From Octopus sinensis (lineage: Eukaryota): a DNA stretch of 64,000 nt. The stretch is from contig NC_043000.1 in the NCBI RefSeq assembly GCF_006345805.1, forward strand, positions 6,324,001-6,388,000, in the 5' to 3' direction. The notes below the pieces were generated by a model. It ran no database searches, was not told where the DNA came from, and saw only the letters and a list, made by a program, of their open reading frames with translations. The stretch's first letter is position 1, and each line of letters begins with the position of its first letter. Made by a program: the position numbers and the translations under genes. Of the stretch, positions 1 through 12,310 are shown piece after piece.

Positions 1-719
1 ACACATACATATATACTCACATACATTTATACACACATATATATATACACACACATATATATATACACACACACACATATATATATATATTAATATATAC
101 AACTGGTTTCCTGCATAGCTACAGAATCAAATCTGAAAATCAAAAATTCTCTCCACCCAACCTCTGTTCATGACTGATAAATCAAATTAAGAATAACCAA
201 TATACTTATTGACTTTATATGAAAATCTGGTCTATTTTGCATAATGTTCAGTTCAAGCAATCTAGCTTTTGCCACTTTCAAAGCTGTTTAGGCTAGAACT
301 ACACCTGTTTCTAGAAAAAAGATGTAGTACCCCCTAAAAAAAACAAATAATAATAATAATGTGAGATTATCAATGCCCCCAACACAAGTATATTTCAAAT
401 CTGTTAAATAGGATTGACAAGATGCAGGCATAGCTAATGTGGTTAAGAAGTTTGTTTTGCAAACATGTAGTTTTGGGTTCAGTCCCACAATGTGGCAACT
501 TCTACTAAAGCTCTAGACTAACTAGTGCCCTGTGAGTAAATTTGGTAGATGGGAACTGTGCAGAACTCTGTGTGTGTTTGTCTCCACCACTTAGTTATTG
601 GTGTTGCTTTATTTATATCTTTGTAACTTAGTTGTTCGGCCAAAAAGATTGATAAAGCAAGTAAAAGAGTATAAGGTTCAATGAGTTCATCTCAAGATCC
701 TGAGCACAGGATTCAGTCT

Positions 720-1142
720 TTGTTGTTATGTGGTGATTTGTGTGCCTCAATGATCCTGAGAACTATGCCAGTGGAGTGCAGCTCCTGGTAGCACCTCACT
801 CCCTACCATGCTGAATAGGTCAAAAGATAGAGGCCCCATCTAATATAGACCATCTCTTCTCAAAGGTAAAAAAAAAAAAACATCCCTACCTTGAAAAAAG
901 CAAAGGTACAGAAGCATCAATGATAATTCAAAACTGACAAGACCTGGGAACAAAAATAAAACCCACAAGGGAGGTAGTAAAGGGGAGACCCTAAAAATAG
1001 CTGGTGTTGGGATACTGAGGTAGAAGTGAAAAAGCAGGGATCAAACAGGATGGAGCAGGAAAGACAGCCTAGGTCAAGAACAGTGGAGAAAAATCATTGA
1101 TGGTCTTTGCTCCATGCAGAATGAAAGGCTTATGTAAGTAAG
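720..1142 (+). mobile_element. RTE-clade LINE derivative (5'UTR joined to the ORF C-terminus / 3' end)
   Basis: 5' part resembles RTE 5'UTRs (gtggtgatttgtgtgcctcaatgatcctgagaactatgcc). The 3' part translates to decayed GRPKNSW...WRKIIDGLCS-type RTE C-terminus and ends in a (GTAA)n-like tail. Confidence 0.6.
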
Positions 1143-1964
1143 CGACCTCAAGGCTTGCTTCCACAAAACTTGAACTCAAAGAAATTGTGGAGAGTCAACA
1201 GACAACATTACCCTCACGCCAGAAGAATATAAATGGATTGCAATATCTCTTCAGTGAACAATGATCAGATTTGAAATTCAATTATTGATGACTATTACCA
1301 GACTAAACGAAGCAATAGAGCAAATAGCGTTTAGACATTTCTTTGAGGAGATATGAAAACAATTAATCAGTTTACAATAGAGAAAAAGCATAAACATATC
1401 TAGTGCCAATCATTTTGTCTACCTTTTACAAACTTTACAATTAAGCAGTCATCCCTGGCAACAAAATAGTAAATGATTCATTTGTAATATGCCGCATACT
1501 GGGAAAGGTTTTGCTGAGAGGAAATCTGATAACTTCTAAAGTTTGAAATAAAAGTGTTTGTATATACATCATCATCATCATCATCATCATCGTCGTCATC
1601 ATCAGCATCATCATCATCATCATCATCATCAGCATCATCATCATCATCATCATCATCATCAACATCATTGTTTAACGATTGGTCTCCATGTTGGCATGGG
1701 TTGGATGGTTTGATATGGAGCTGTCCAGACTCCAACTGTCTGTTGTGGTGTGATTTCTACAGCTGGATGTCCTTCCTAATGCCAACCACTTAACAAAGTG
1801 TGCTGGGTACTTTTTAGGTGTCACCATCATGGGTGTGTTAACGCAGCACCAGCACAGGTACTTTTTAAGTGGTATCAAAAAGTTCCCAAACTAATACTGC
1901 AGTGCACCAACAGATGGCAGCACACGGTTGCATGCACAGTGAGAACTAGCTGTGACTTTCATGA

Positions 1965-2580
1965 GGCAGTGTGCCAAGTGACATTACTGTGTTTTCTTCA
2001 CAACTTGTGAAATTTGTGTTTTTGTGGTCACATGTATGTTGTAGTCTGATTTTGTCATGGAGAGAAACAAAGAGCCAACATAAAATTTGGTGTTAAACTT
2101 GGGAAGTCTGTTACAGAAACATTGAGGATGTTTTGGCAAGCTTACAACCACACGGCAATGGGTCGTAAGAAATGTTTCGAGTGGCACAGGTGCTTCAAAA
2201 GTGGAACACAATAAGTGATCTGGAAGAGCTTCCATGAGTGTCACCCCCAGAAATGTGGTACTGTGCATCAAGAATTCGTTCCCAAAAGACAGACCATCAA
2301 TCAACAATTCTACTGAAATGTTTTAAAGAATTTGAGGGAGGACATTCAGTGGAAGTGACCAGATCTGTGGAACACAAAGAACTGGATTCTTCACTAAGCT
2401 CACCAAAAACAACATGATATCACTTCCACACCCATCCTATTTGGACTTCCATCTCTTCCTCAAGATGAAAATGCAGCTCCTAAGTTGCCATTTTAACATC
2501 ATTGTTGAGATCCAGAACATATAACAGAAAGTCCTCGACTTGCTTACAGAAAACGACTTCTATAGAAAATGAATTCTATG
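1965..2580 (+). mobile_element. Decayed, internally deleted mariner
   Basis: Fragments ANIKFGVKLGKSVTETLRMFWQAY...CFEWHRCFKSG, VHQEFVPKRQTINQQFY and ISLPHPSYLDFHLFLKMK match mariner HTH and HPPYSPDL-region motifs. Confidence 0.8.
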
Positions 2581-3351
2581 GCTAGACCAAGAATGAGATG
2601 ATTGGATGATATCCAGTCTCAATTCATCACAATGGGAATACAGCCATAAAGTCTGATGTCAGTTGTTTCCAGTAGGACCCTATGAAGTGGGTGCTTGGGG
2701 ACTCTACCCCAACAACCCTCCAAGGATAGCAGGCAGAGAAGACAAATGGATGGATGGATGATAAAAGAGCAGAAGTTACATAATCACTTTCATCACCTTA
2801 CGGATGTTTCAGTTGTAAGAAACCAGGCATCCACTTTGAGTACCATTGTGACATCGTGCAAATTCATCAGAACCGTTTGAATAGCTCTGAGAAAGCTATA
2901 TGCTGGTCCTGGTTTCAATCCTGGACTCCAGCAGTCTTCTACTATAGCTACAGTTTGAACCATGCCTTGTGCTTGTATGTGCTCATCATTAGTAGACTTA
3001 AACCATTACCTTTCTTCATACCACTATATGGTCCTTAAATACCTTTAGTAGAGCCCACTGCGTCACAAGCATTCAAGTTATGTTTTCAGACTAAAGACAT
3101 CTTGGTATTTAACCTTTTGTTATCATATTTCTGCAAAACTATCCAGCCTTTGTTTCAATTAATTTTGAAAACAATAAAGTGTGATTGATGCTTTGTTATT
3201 TAGCACCACTGGAACTATTTCGATAGCACTAAACATAATACAGAGATGGAATTGTCCTTTAGTAAGCATACTTCTAAAAGAGAGATGAAAAAATCGTTTT
3301 AAAAAATGAATACAAAGGGACAATATCACTTGTTACTTTAAACTTAACAAG

Positions 3352-3422
3352 CCATAAATGAGGTTATTGCAAAGAAAATATGTTATAAGGTGAAAGTTCA
3401 GGTAGAAAATTATGGAACAGAT
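3352..3422 (+). CDS. Candidate coding exon (phase 1 to 0), hypothetical protein: xINEVIAKKICYKVKVQVENYGTD
   Basis: Acceptor ...cttaacaag, donor gat|gtgagt. Open frame that is phase-compatible with exon 3855-3904. Acceptor pyrimidine tract is weak. Confidence 0.3.
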
Positions 3423-3854
3423 GTGAGTAAATGGACAAAGTTGCTGGCAATTTGATTATTATTTCCAACAGATATAAACAAAAACCTCTTTGATGGTTAT
3501 TAATACAAGAGCGAAACTTATAATTCACTAATAGATTTCATGACAGATATCAACTATAAACTAGCAGTCTAAAATAGGAATCAATATCTCAGATGGTACA
3601 GTATTTCTGTGACATTTAAGCATTTCTGAAGCAAGCGTTCATTACTGGACACTTTAGTAGGAAATGGTACAGGATTCAAAAGTCAAAATTATAAACTTTA
3701 TCACAGACTGTACCCTTAATGTGAATTAACATTACTAGCTTCAGTCAGTTTGAAAATAAGAATCAACTTCAGTTTGACAAATGAGTGGTTGACATTAAAA
3801 TGAGCATATATTGTAAAATCTGTCAGCAATTTGAAGAAATATATCAATTTGTAG

Positions 3855-3904
3855 AACCTTGATTCCAGTGAAAGCATGGAAAACTGGATGAAAACATGTA
3901 ACAG
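3855..3904 (+). CDS. Candidate coding exon (phase 0 to 2): NLDSSESMENWMKTCN
   Basis: Acceptor atatcaatttgtag, donor aacag|gtatcc. Only frame 0 is open. Non-repetitive sequence. Confidence 0.45.
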
Positions 3905-4559
3905 GTATCCATTTTTACAACCTTTCATAACTTTTGAATTTTTGAAATCATCATCATCATCATCATTGTTTTTTGACATCCACTATTCCATGCTTTCATG
4001 GGTCAAACAGAATTCAGCGAGGGAGATGTTCTATGGTTAGATGCCCTTCCTGTCATCAATGCTTACTTGTTTCCAAGTAAGGTAAAATTTCTCAATGGTT
4101 AGGCATGATTTTCAAATGGTAAGTTGGAAACAAAGAATAGTCATTTACAAACATCACATGATGTTAAGACAAAGAAGACACATACTTTGTGAGTGTGTGT
4201 GTGTGTGCGCGCGCATACATATGACAGTCTTCTTTAACTCTCCTACCCAATCCAATGAAAGGCTTTGATCAGCTCAATTTACAAAAGACACTTGCCGAGT
4301 GTGCCATGCAGTGGGACTGAACCTGAAACCACATGGTTGGGAAGCAAACTTCTTAACCACATAACTATGCCTGCATCTATTCTTAACAACCCGGCTGCCT
4401 GAAATATTTGTTTAAATTTATAAATTAAGCAAGAGATGATTTCAATTTCTTATTCTTAATTCTACACTTATAAAGATGCCCTGTGCATACATACTTATAT
4501 GTACGACCTGTCTTTCTGCTGTCCATCATTTTACAAGTTGCTCTTTGACCATTTTAAAA

Positions 4560-4880
4560 AACATAGTGTAAAACCCCACTTCAGTCATGAATGATCATGG
4601 TATTGCAATCAGAAAGTTACCTTCCAAGGCACAAGTCCAAGCAAAGTTGTTTATGGAAGACCTGCAGTCAACCATGCATACCATGTCACTGATTTTATCT
4701 AAGGGAAAGGCAAAGGCCAATACAGATTGGCACCAGTAATGTCGCAACTCATTTCTACAGTTGAGTGAACTGGAGCAACATAAAATAAAGTGACTTGATC
4801 AAAAACACAACACACGGCCCAGTCAGGGGATCAAACTCACTACCTCATGATTGTGAGCCTGATGCTCTAATTACTGAGCC
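4560..4880 (-). mobile_element. Older tRNA-head SINE with conserved central domain (gttgtgttcttgagcaagacactttatttcacgttgctccagtccactcagctg-like)
   Basis: Same motif recurs at 18740-18830, 40470-40640, 50000-50240 and 51050-51180. Confidence 0.65.
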
Positions 4881-5108
4881 AAGCCACAAATTCCTCACCT
4901 TTGAACACTGTTGGGGAAATACACAGTGTGGGCCATCTATTATGTAAGCCTGTTCAACAATGGCTTTGATAATGTCTAACAGACTCACTTTCGACTATTT
5001 CCTTAAATTCAAAACTAACTTCCTTATAATAACTTCAGAACAGTCCAAAATTATTGGATTATAAATAGCTTTAATCACAGATTTAGCAAAGATTTTTTCA
5101 GAGCTATA

Positions 5109-5499
5109 GGCACAGGAGTGGCTTTGTGGTAAGTAGCTTGCTAACCAGCCACATGGTTCTGGGTTCAGTCCCACTGCATGATACCTTGGGCAAGTGTCTT
5201 CTATTATAGCCTCGGGGCCGCCCAAAGCCTTGTGAGTGAATTTGGTAGACGGAAACTGAAAGAAGCCCATCATATATATGTGTGTGTGTCTGTGTGTCCG
5301 TGTTGCCCCCCTCCCAACATCGCTTAAAATCAAATGCTGGTGTGTTTACGTCCCCATAACTTAGTGGTTCAGCAAAAGAGACTGATAGAATAAGTACTAG
5401 GCTTACGAAGAATAAGTCCTGGGGTCGATTTGCTCGACTAAAGGCGGTGCTCCAGCATGGCCGCAGTCAAATGACTGAAACAAGTAAAAGAGTAAAAGA
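5109..5499 (+). mobile_element. SINE family A (tRNA-derived head, CORE-like accttgggcaagt segment, internal microsatellite, CR1-like 3' tail)
   Basis: Full-length copy of a family with about 20 copies in the window, e.g. 6022-6856(-), 21365-21740, 25941-26372, 26985-27615, 29020-29650(-), 30684-31066(-), 49038-49440, 53265-53690(-), 57578-57730. Confidence 0.9.
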
Positions 5500-6236
5500 G
5501 AGCTAATTAAATGACTGAAATCCATTTCTCTCTGAAATTAAAGCTAAATTCTTTTTGTTACCAATCATCCTCAGACTAACCTTGATTCACTGATGCAAAC
5601 TCCTTTCTAATCCAAATTAAAACCAACCATCAAATTTTGTGTTAATTTATACTCCAAACACCAGATTAATAATGACGATATTATTTATTTTATTAATTTT
5701 TTCATTATCTTTAAAATTAGTTGAAACAAAGACATTGCATTCAACAGAAATATTATAACAAAAGGTCGGAATAATCTAAATTAAAAGTTTCCAATAAAAT
5801 TTCATGTTAATTTATGTTCCACACACCAACTTATTAATGTCAAAATTATTTAACGAACTTCATTATTTTCAAAATTAATTGCAACAAAGACTGTATTTCA
5901 ACAGAAATATATAGCAACAAAAGGGTCAAAATGATTTAAATTAAAACCATCCATCAAATTTTCACGTTAATTTGTATTCCAAACACCATCTTAATAATGA
6001 AGTTATTTTACTAATTACTCTTTTACTTGTTTCAGTCATTTGACTGCGGCCATGCTGGAGCACCACCTTTAGTCAAGCAAATCGACTCCAGGACTTATTC
6101 TTTGTAAGCCTAGTACTTATTCTATAAGTCTCTTTTGCCGAACTGCTAAGTTACGGGGACGTAAACACACCAGCATCAGTTGTCAAGCGATATTAGGGGA
6201 ACAAACACAGGCACTCAAACATATACACATACATAC

Positions 6237-6287
<51 letters not shown>

Positions 6288-6289
6288 CA

Positions 6290-6693
6290 TATGAGCAAAC
6301 CCCACCCAATGGATGGTGCTAAGTGGTCAAACATTTAAACCAAATTTCCTCAAAACAACTTGTCCAACCTTTGAGAAACACTGATTTAACCTAAATTTGA
6401 AACACCAGCAAAAGAAATAAAAATAAACTTGTTTTCTATTCCAAAGAAAAACGATTTTATTCACACAAATATGCAACTGAAGAGTTTAAAGTACCAGTAA
6501 TGATAAGGCTGTTGACTGGGAGAATACAAATTGATCGCATTCTCACCTGGAATCAATTTTTGTACTTTTTTCAAGACTTATACACGCCCTGATACCATCG
6601 GTATCTACATATCAAATTTGAGCATAATCGGATAAAGGATGCTCAAGATCCTAGAAGACACACAGACAGACAGAACAGATTTTATATAATAGA
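6290..6693 (+). mobile_element. Helentron/HINE (DINE-1-like) non-autonomous element inserted in a SINE A copy
   Basis: caaatttgagcataatcggataaag...(CAGA)n...tttatataatagat 3' architecture. Similar elements at 51690-51945 and 8095-8290. Confidence 0.5.
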
Positions 6694-7697
6694 TATACGA
6701 CGGGTTTCTTTCAGTTTCTGTCTACCAAATCCACTCACAAGGCTTTGGTCAGCCTGTGGCTATAGTAGAAGACACTTTCCCAAGGTACCACGCAGTGGGA
6801 CTGAACCCGGAACCATGTGGTTGGTAGGCAAGCTACTTACCACACAGCCACTCCTGTGCCTTTCTTCATTATTTTCAAAATTAATTGAAACAAAAGCAAA
6901 ATCGGAATCGAAATTGAACCAATCCTATGACTGGCACCCGGCAGATGCCAGGACCCCTGGACTGGAGATACGTAAAAAGCACTATCCGAATCGTGGCCGA
7001 TGCCAGCGCCGCTTCGACTGGCTTCCGTGTCGGTGGCACGTAAAAAGCACCATCCGAATCATGGCCGAAGCCAGTGCCGCCTCGACTGGCTTCCGTGCAG
7101 GTGGCACGTAAAATGCACCAATCCGACCGTGGCCGATGCCAGCCTCGCCTGGCACCAGTGCAGGTGGCACGTAAAAAGCACCCACTACACTCTCGGAATG
7201 GTTGACGTTAGAAGGGCATCCAGCTGTAGAAACTTTGCCAGATAAGATCGGAGCCTGGTGCAGCCTTCTGGCTTCCCAGACCCTGGTCAAACCGTCCAAC
7301 CCATGCTAGCATGGAGAACGGACGTTAAACGATGATGATGATGATGATGAAAAGCAGTCTATTTCAACAGAAATACGGTAACTAAAGAGTTAAACTATTT
7401 ACAACAAATGAAATAAAATCTGACTCTAGACACCATCAAAATTAATATTTTATTTGTTTGATTTTATGTACATTCCACCTATGAAGTAGTATTATTAACA
7501 GGAGACTAATAAAGTTGGATTATCTTAGAGTATATAATGTCGAGTTAATAAAAAATTTAACTATTTCAGTCAGATTTCATCAATCATCATAATTATGATG
7601 AGTGATGTAATAACCTCAACAGGAATTAAACCAAAGCTGATGTAAACATTAGCAGTTTCATTGGTCTAATACTCACTTGACCATACTGGTATGGATT

Positions 7698-8010
7698 GTG
7701 GAGGCACATGGCCTAGTGGTTAGAGCAGTGGACTCGCAGTCGAGAGATCGCGGGTTCGAATCTCAGACCATGCGATGTGTGTGTTTATGAGCGAAACACC
7801 TAAGCTCCACGCAGCTCCGGCAGAAGGTAATGGCGAACTTCTGCTGACTCTTTCGCCACAACTTTCTCTCACTCTTTCCTCCTGCATCTTGCAGCTCACC
7901 TGTGACGGACTGGCGTCCCATCCAGGTGGGGAACCTATACACCAAGGAAACTGGGAAACTGGCCCTTATGAGCCAGGGATGGCTCGAGAAGGAACAAACA
8001 AACAAATGCA
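7698..8010 (+). mobile_element. SINE family D, tRNA-derived head
   Basis: A box TGGCCTAGTGG (7709-7719) and B box GGTTCGAATC (7753-7762), followed by a non-tRNA body. Relatives with a different tail: 10372-10750(-), 50505-50890(-), 50900-51050(-). Confidence 0.85.
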
Positions 8011-8939
8011 TACACATGATGGGCTTCTTTCAGTCTTTGCCAACCAAATCTACTCTCAAGGTTTTGGCCAGCTCAGGGCTTTAGGAGAAGACAGTTATTT
8101 CCTCCGCCAAGGAAAGGGGTTATGTTTTCATTGGCTTTGGTTTGTCCGTCTGTCCGTCTGTGTGCAAAATAACTCAAAAAGTTGTGAACAGTATTTGATG
8201 AACCTTGCAGGAAAAGTTGGCAATGACACAAGGAACAGATGATGAAATTTTGGTAGTGATCCAGGAATTTTTATGGATTCTTGAAGGATTTTTCATTTGT
8301 TATATTTACTTTACATGAAGTATTACAATGTTATGTTCTTTGAATATCTCCCTTGAAAACACGTTCATCGTTTCCACATAACCTATGGTGGTGTTGTTGT
8401 TTCTAAAGTTTATTTTTGTTTATCTATTAGTAATTTTACTCATGTATCTATCTTCAAATTAGTTGCTTGGCAGAGTTCTGCAGAGGATGACATGAGAAGC
8501 CTTGACTATTGGGATGATTCCTGTTTTTAAAGGGTTTTTATTTTTTATATCATATGGCTATGTTATTTTCTTTTTGCCCCTGCCAAGGAGGTTATGTTTT
8601 TGCGAGTGTTGCTAACTCAGAGATTTTGTGAATGATGAATAACAAATCATTGATACTTCAATCTGAACACTGACACAGTTAGCTGTGGCTCGTTTTTCTA
8701 ATAACTGACAAAATGGATTAAAAATCACAAAATTATTAAAATATCTTAGCAGGGACTGAAATAATTGGTTCTGTTTTGTTGTTTTTTCTTTATAGTGTGT
8801 GTGTATGTGTGTGTGTGTGTGTGTGCACGTGCATGCATGCATGCCTATATGCAATTTAATCATGTGTAACAGTGTGTAAAGATGGAGAATTTTAGCTTTT
8901 ACACAGCAAACAAATCTTGATGGCAAATCACTGAAATGA

Positions 8940-9125
8940 CTATCATAACTGCCATCACCACCACCACTGCAACCACCACCACCACCACTGCAACCACCAC
9001 CACCACTGCAACCACCACCACCACCACCACCGCCACCACAACCACCACCACCACTGCAACCACCACCACCACCACTGCAACCACCACCACCACCACCACC
9101 ACCACTGCAACCACCACTACCACCT
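8940..9125. repeat. (ACC)n with periodic ACTGCA interruptions
   Basis: Directly visible. Confidence 0.95.
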
Positions 9126-9733
9126 CCAAAATGAAACTATGATGTGATGCATTATAAAAGCATATCATCCACAAACATGTCAATTGATAATTTTGAATCA
9201 ATTTTTTTAACATTAGTAATGCCCTTAGTAATACACATGACTATCATAATGAGTGTAGGGCATTTACCCCACCCCCACATGGACAATTACCCCTGAGGAC
9301 AATAGATGATGATTTAAAACTTCTCAATATATATATATAAGATGCAGCAAGCCAAGCGAGACCATAACTTCGTGGCCTATGCCCCTGGCATAGGCCACGA
9401 AGTTATGGTCTCACTTGGTCAAGTACTAGTTCAATGGTATTGACTAAAATCCACTCTTCTAAAATTACTGGTCTTGTGCCAAAAGTTGAAACCATTCTGG
9501 CAGAATTGTGGCATTTTGGCTGTCTTTACTTTCAGAGTTCAAATTCCATCAATTTTGCCTTTCATTCATTCAGGGTTGATAGATTAAGTACCAGTTGAGT
9601 ACTGGGGGGTCGATATAATCGATCATCCCCCTCCTCCAAATTTCAGGTCTTGTGCCTATAGTAGAAAGGATTATTATCATCATCATTATTATTATCATTA
9701 TTATTATCATCGTCGTCATCATCATCATCATTA

Positions 9734-10148
9734 GGATCTTTTCGGTTTGAACGGCAGCTTTTTAAAAATAATTTCCACGTAACTAAACACTTTTAAACTT
9801 CGCATACTGGTAGAATGTGTTTATAAAACATCTTTTTCTCTTGGCTTTATTGAGAAAATTCCATAGTTTGTAAGATATTTGTTGTTTGTTTTTCTTCAAT
9901 TTCTGCAATTTCAACCAATCACTGACACTGAGGTAAAAAACATTCTGTGCCGTATGAATATGTCCCTCGTTTAAGAAACAGATTGGGTTTATTTACATTT
10001 CTGAAGAAAAAAAGAAACTCTTCCCCCCACCCTTAACCCTAACCCTAAAACAGATTGAAATGCAATAGATCGATACTAGGGTCATAATTATGGGTGACAA
10101 TTTCATATGACACCGCTAGAAAAACTGCCATTCAAACTGAAAAGATCC
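9734..10148. mobile_element. MITE with ~24-bp TIRs (GGATCTTTTCRGTTTGAAYGGCAG), Merlin-like
   Basis: TIRs at both ends. Near-identical second copy at 39697-40112. Confidence 0.85.
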
Positions 10149-10263
10149 TTATTATCATTATCATTATTATCATCATCATCATTATAATTATTATTATCAT
10201 TATTATCATCATCATCATCATCATCATTATCATTATTATCATTATTATTACTATTATTATTAC

Positions 10264-10306
<43 letters not shown>

Positions 10307-10930
10307 CTGAAGGCAGCGAGCTAGCAGAATCATTAGCACACTCGATGGGATGCTTAGCAGTGTGGAAGCACTCCGTCGGTTACGATGATGAGGGTTCTGG
10401 TTGATCCAAATCAACAGAACAGCCTGCTCGTGAAATTAACGTGTAAGTGGCTGAGCACTCCACAGACACGTGCACCCTTAACGTAGTTCTCGGGGATATT
10501 CAGCGTGACACAGAGAGTGACAAGGCCGGCCCCTTGAAATACAGGTACAACAGAAACAGGAAGTAAGAGTGAGAGAAAGTTGTGGTGAAAGAGTACAGCA
10601 GGGATCATCACCATCCCCTGCCGGAGTCTCATGGAGCTTTTAGGTGTTTTCGCTCAATAAACACTCACAACGCCTGGTCTGGGAATCGAAACCGCGATCC
10701 TATGACCGCGAGTCTGCTGCCCTAACCACTGGGCCATTGCGCCTCCACTGCTTAGCAGTATTTCACCTGTCACTACAATCTGAGTTCAAATTCCATTGAG
10801 GTTGACTTTGCCTTTCATCTTTTTGGGATCGATAAAATAAGTACCAATTGAACTCTGGGGTCAATGTAATCGACTCATCCCCACTGCCTGAGAGCTGTCC
10901 TTGAAATTATTATTATTATTATACTTCCAG

Positions 10931-10964
10931 TTGGAAGGCTAAAACGTCAGTGGAAGCATGACAG
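10931..10964 (+). CDS. Candidate 34-nt exon (phase 2 to 0): (S)WKAKTSVEA*Q, with in-frame TGA at 10959-10961
   Basis: Acceptor ttatacttccag, donor gacag|gtattt, followed by an 80-nt intron to the 11045 acceptor. Phases link 3904 to frame 0 of 11045 only if the TGA is read through or is a recent mutation. Confidence 0.4.
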
Positions 10965-11044
10965 GTATTTTTATTATCAAAACTACCGTCTTCATTGATA
11001 TTATTGTTTCAAAGGGAGCACAAGGCAATAGTCTTTGTCCCCAG

Positions 11045-11436
11045 AAAAAAGAATTAAATAATATTTGGGCTTTGTGCCCAAATATTAGTATTCATGAAAT
11101 GTTTTCACACTTGCAAGCAAAAAATGGAGGAACGTAGCTTTCTAATGCAAAACAAACCAGTTTGTGACAGCATAAAAAGTCATGGAAATGTAATTTTCAC
11201 TGATACAGGTAACAATTTCGAGGACAAAATTGATAAGAAATCCAAAAGCACCACAGGCTCCATAGACAGTGATAAAATTAATCACAAAGAACAAAGAAGT
11301 AATACGACAGAGAAAAGCAACACAATGGGAAACACACAATCACTTGATTGTCGAATAGACAACAAAAATGTAACTGCCAACATCCCAAACAGAAATAATG
11401 TGGAAAATACCATGATAACAGAAAATAGCAGCAGAG
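11045..11436 (+). CDS. Large coding exon, hypothetical protein: KKELNNIWALCPNISIHEMFSHLQAK / +1 shift / MEERSFLMQNK...ENSSR
   Basis: Acceptor gtctttgtccccag, donor agag|gtaaag (phase 1). 117-aa ORF 11094-11447 in unique sequence with an N/S/T/K/D-rich disordered composition. The 5' part reads in another frame up to the A6 run at 11119-11124. Confidence 0.6.
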
Positions 11437-11608
11437 GTAAAGAATAGGCACACCACCTGTTTTCGGCATAACCCTAACCTTAATCGTAACCCTAACTGCC
11501 AAAAACGGGTGGTGTGTGTATTTTTTACTTTCACTGAAAAAACAATTCCAGTAACATGGAGCAGAGAAGCTTAACGGAAAACAATAAGAGAACGAATTAT
11601 TATTATCA

Positions 11609-11641
<33 letters not shown>

Positions 11642-11643
<2 letters not shown>

Positions 11644-12203
11644 GAGTGAGAGAGCAGTGCATGTCATCAAAGTGACACTGGGGTAAAATATACGAAGCCC
11701 AGTATACCCATCATGACTACCCATCTGATAAAGGTACACCAGGCACATGCATCACAACCATATGTGTGCAACATGGTGATCTCATATCAAGATAAACAGC
11801 ACACAACCTTGCAGGTGGGGGCTCAGTTAGAATTTTCTGCTGGTCAAGTAGCCCATCCCACTCAAAAAGTCCCTGAATAAGGATTGTTTAAGGATTTTGA
11901 ACGAACCACCCATGTTTCCAAAGATTAATTATCCAAACCTCTAAGAATTCCTTTCGACACATGGCTATGAAGCTCCCCCACTACTTCTGTTCATGATCAG
12001 AGATGCACAAATCGTCAGCCACTAGGGGACATGGTCAACTGGTTAAGGTCAAACAACTGACAAGCAAATCTGTGGTATTGAGCAGAATATTTGCTGTAGC
12101 CCATCTTTTATACCAAGACAAAACAATGTACATGATAACACTTCCAATCAGTTAAGATCAGAAGCCATGAGAGCCACTGTCTGGTACTGCATCAGGAACC
12201 AGA

Positions 12204-12206
<3 letters not shown>
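11642..12206. mobile_element. Non-coding interspersed element embedded in (TAA)n
   Basis: Complex ~565-bp sequence bounded on both sides by (ATT)n tracts and adjacent to a Dong/R4 remnant. No clear ORF. Confidence 0.5.
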
Positions 12207-12243
<37 letters not shown>

Positions 12244-12310
12244 ATTATTATCATTATTATTATTATTATTATTATTAATATTATTATCATTATTATTATT
12301 ATTATTATTT

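Noticed and set aside
5081-5128. Exon RFSKDFFRAIG joining 3904
   Set aside because: The donor is inside a SINE, and the reconstructed pre-insertion sequence has an immediate stop.
7698-7770. tRNA gene
   Set aside because: A and B boxes are present, but there is no acceptor-stem closure or terminator and it runs into a SINE body repeated elsewhere.
10031-10048. Interstitial telomere (TAACCC)n
   Set aside because: Only two units, and an internal part of the MITE (same in the 39697 copy).
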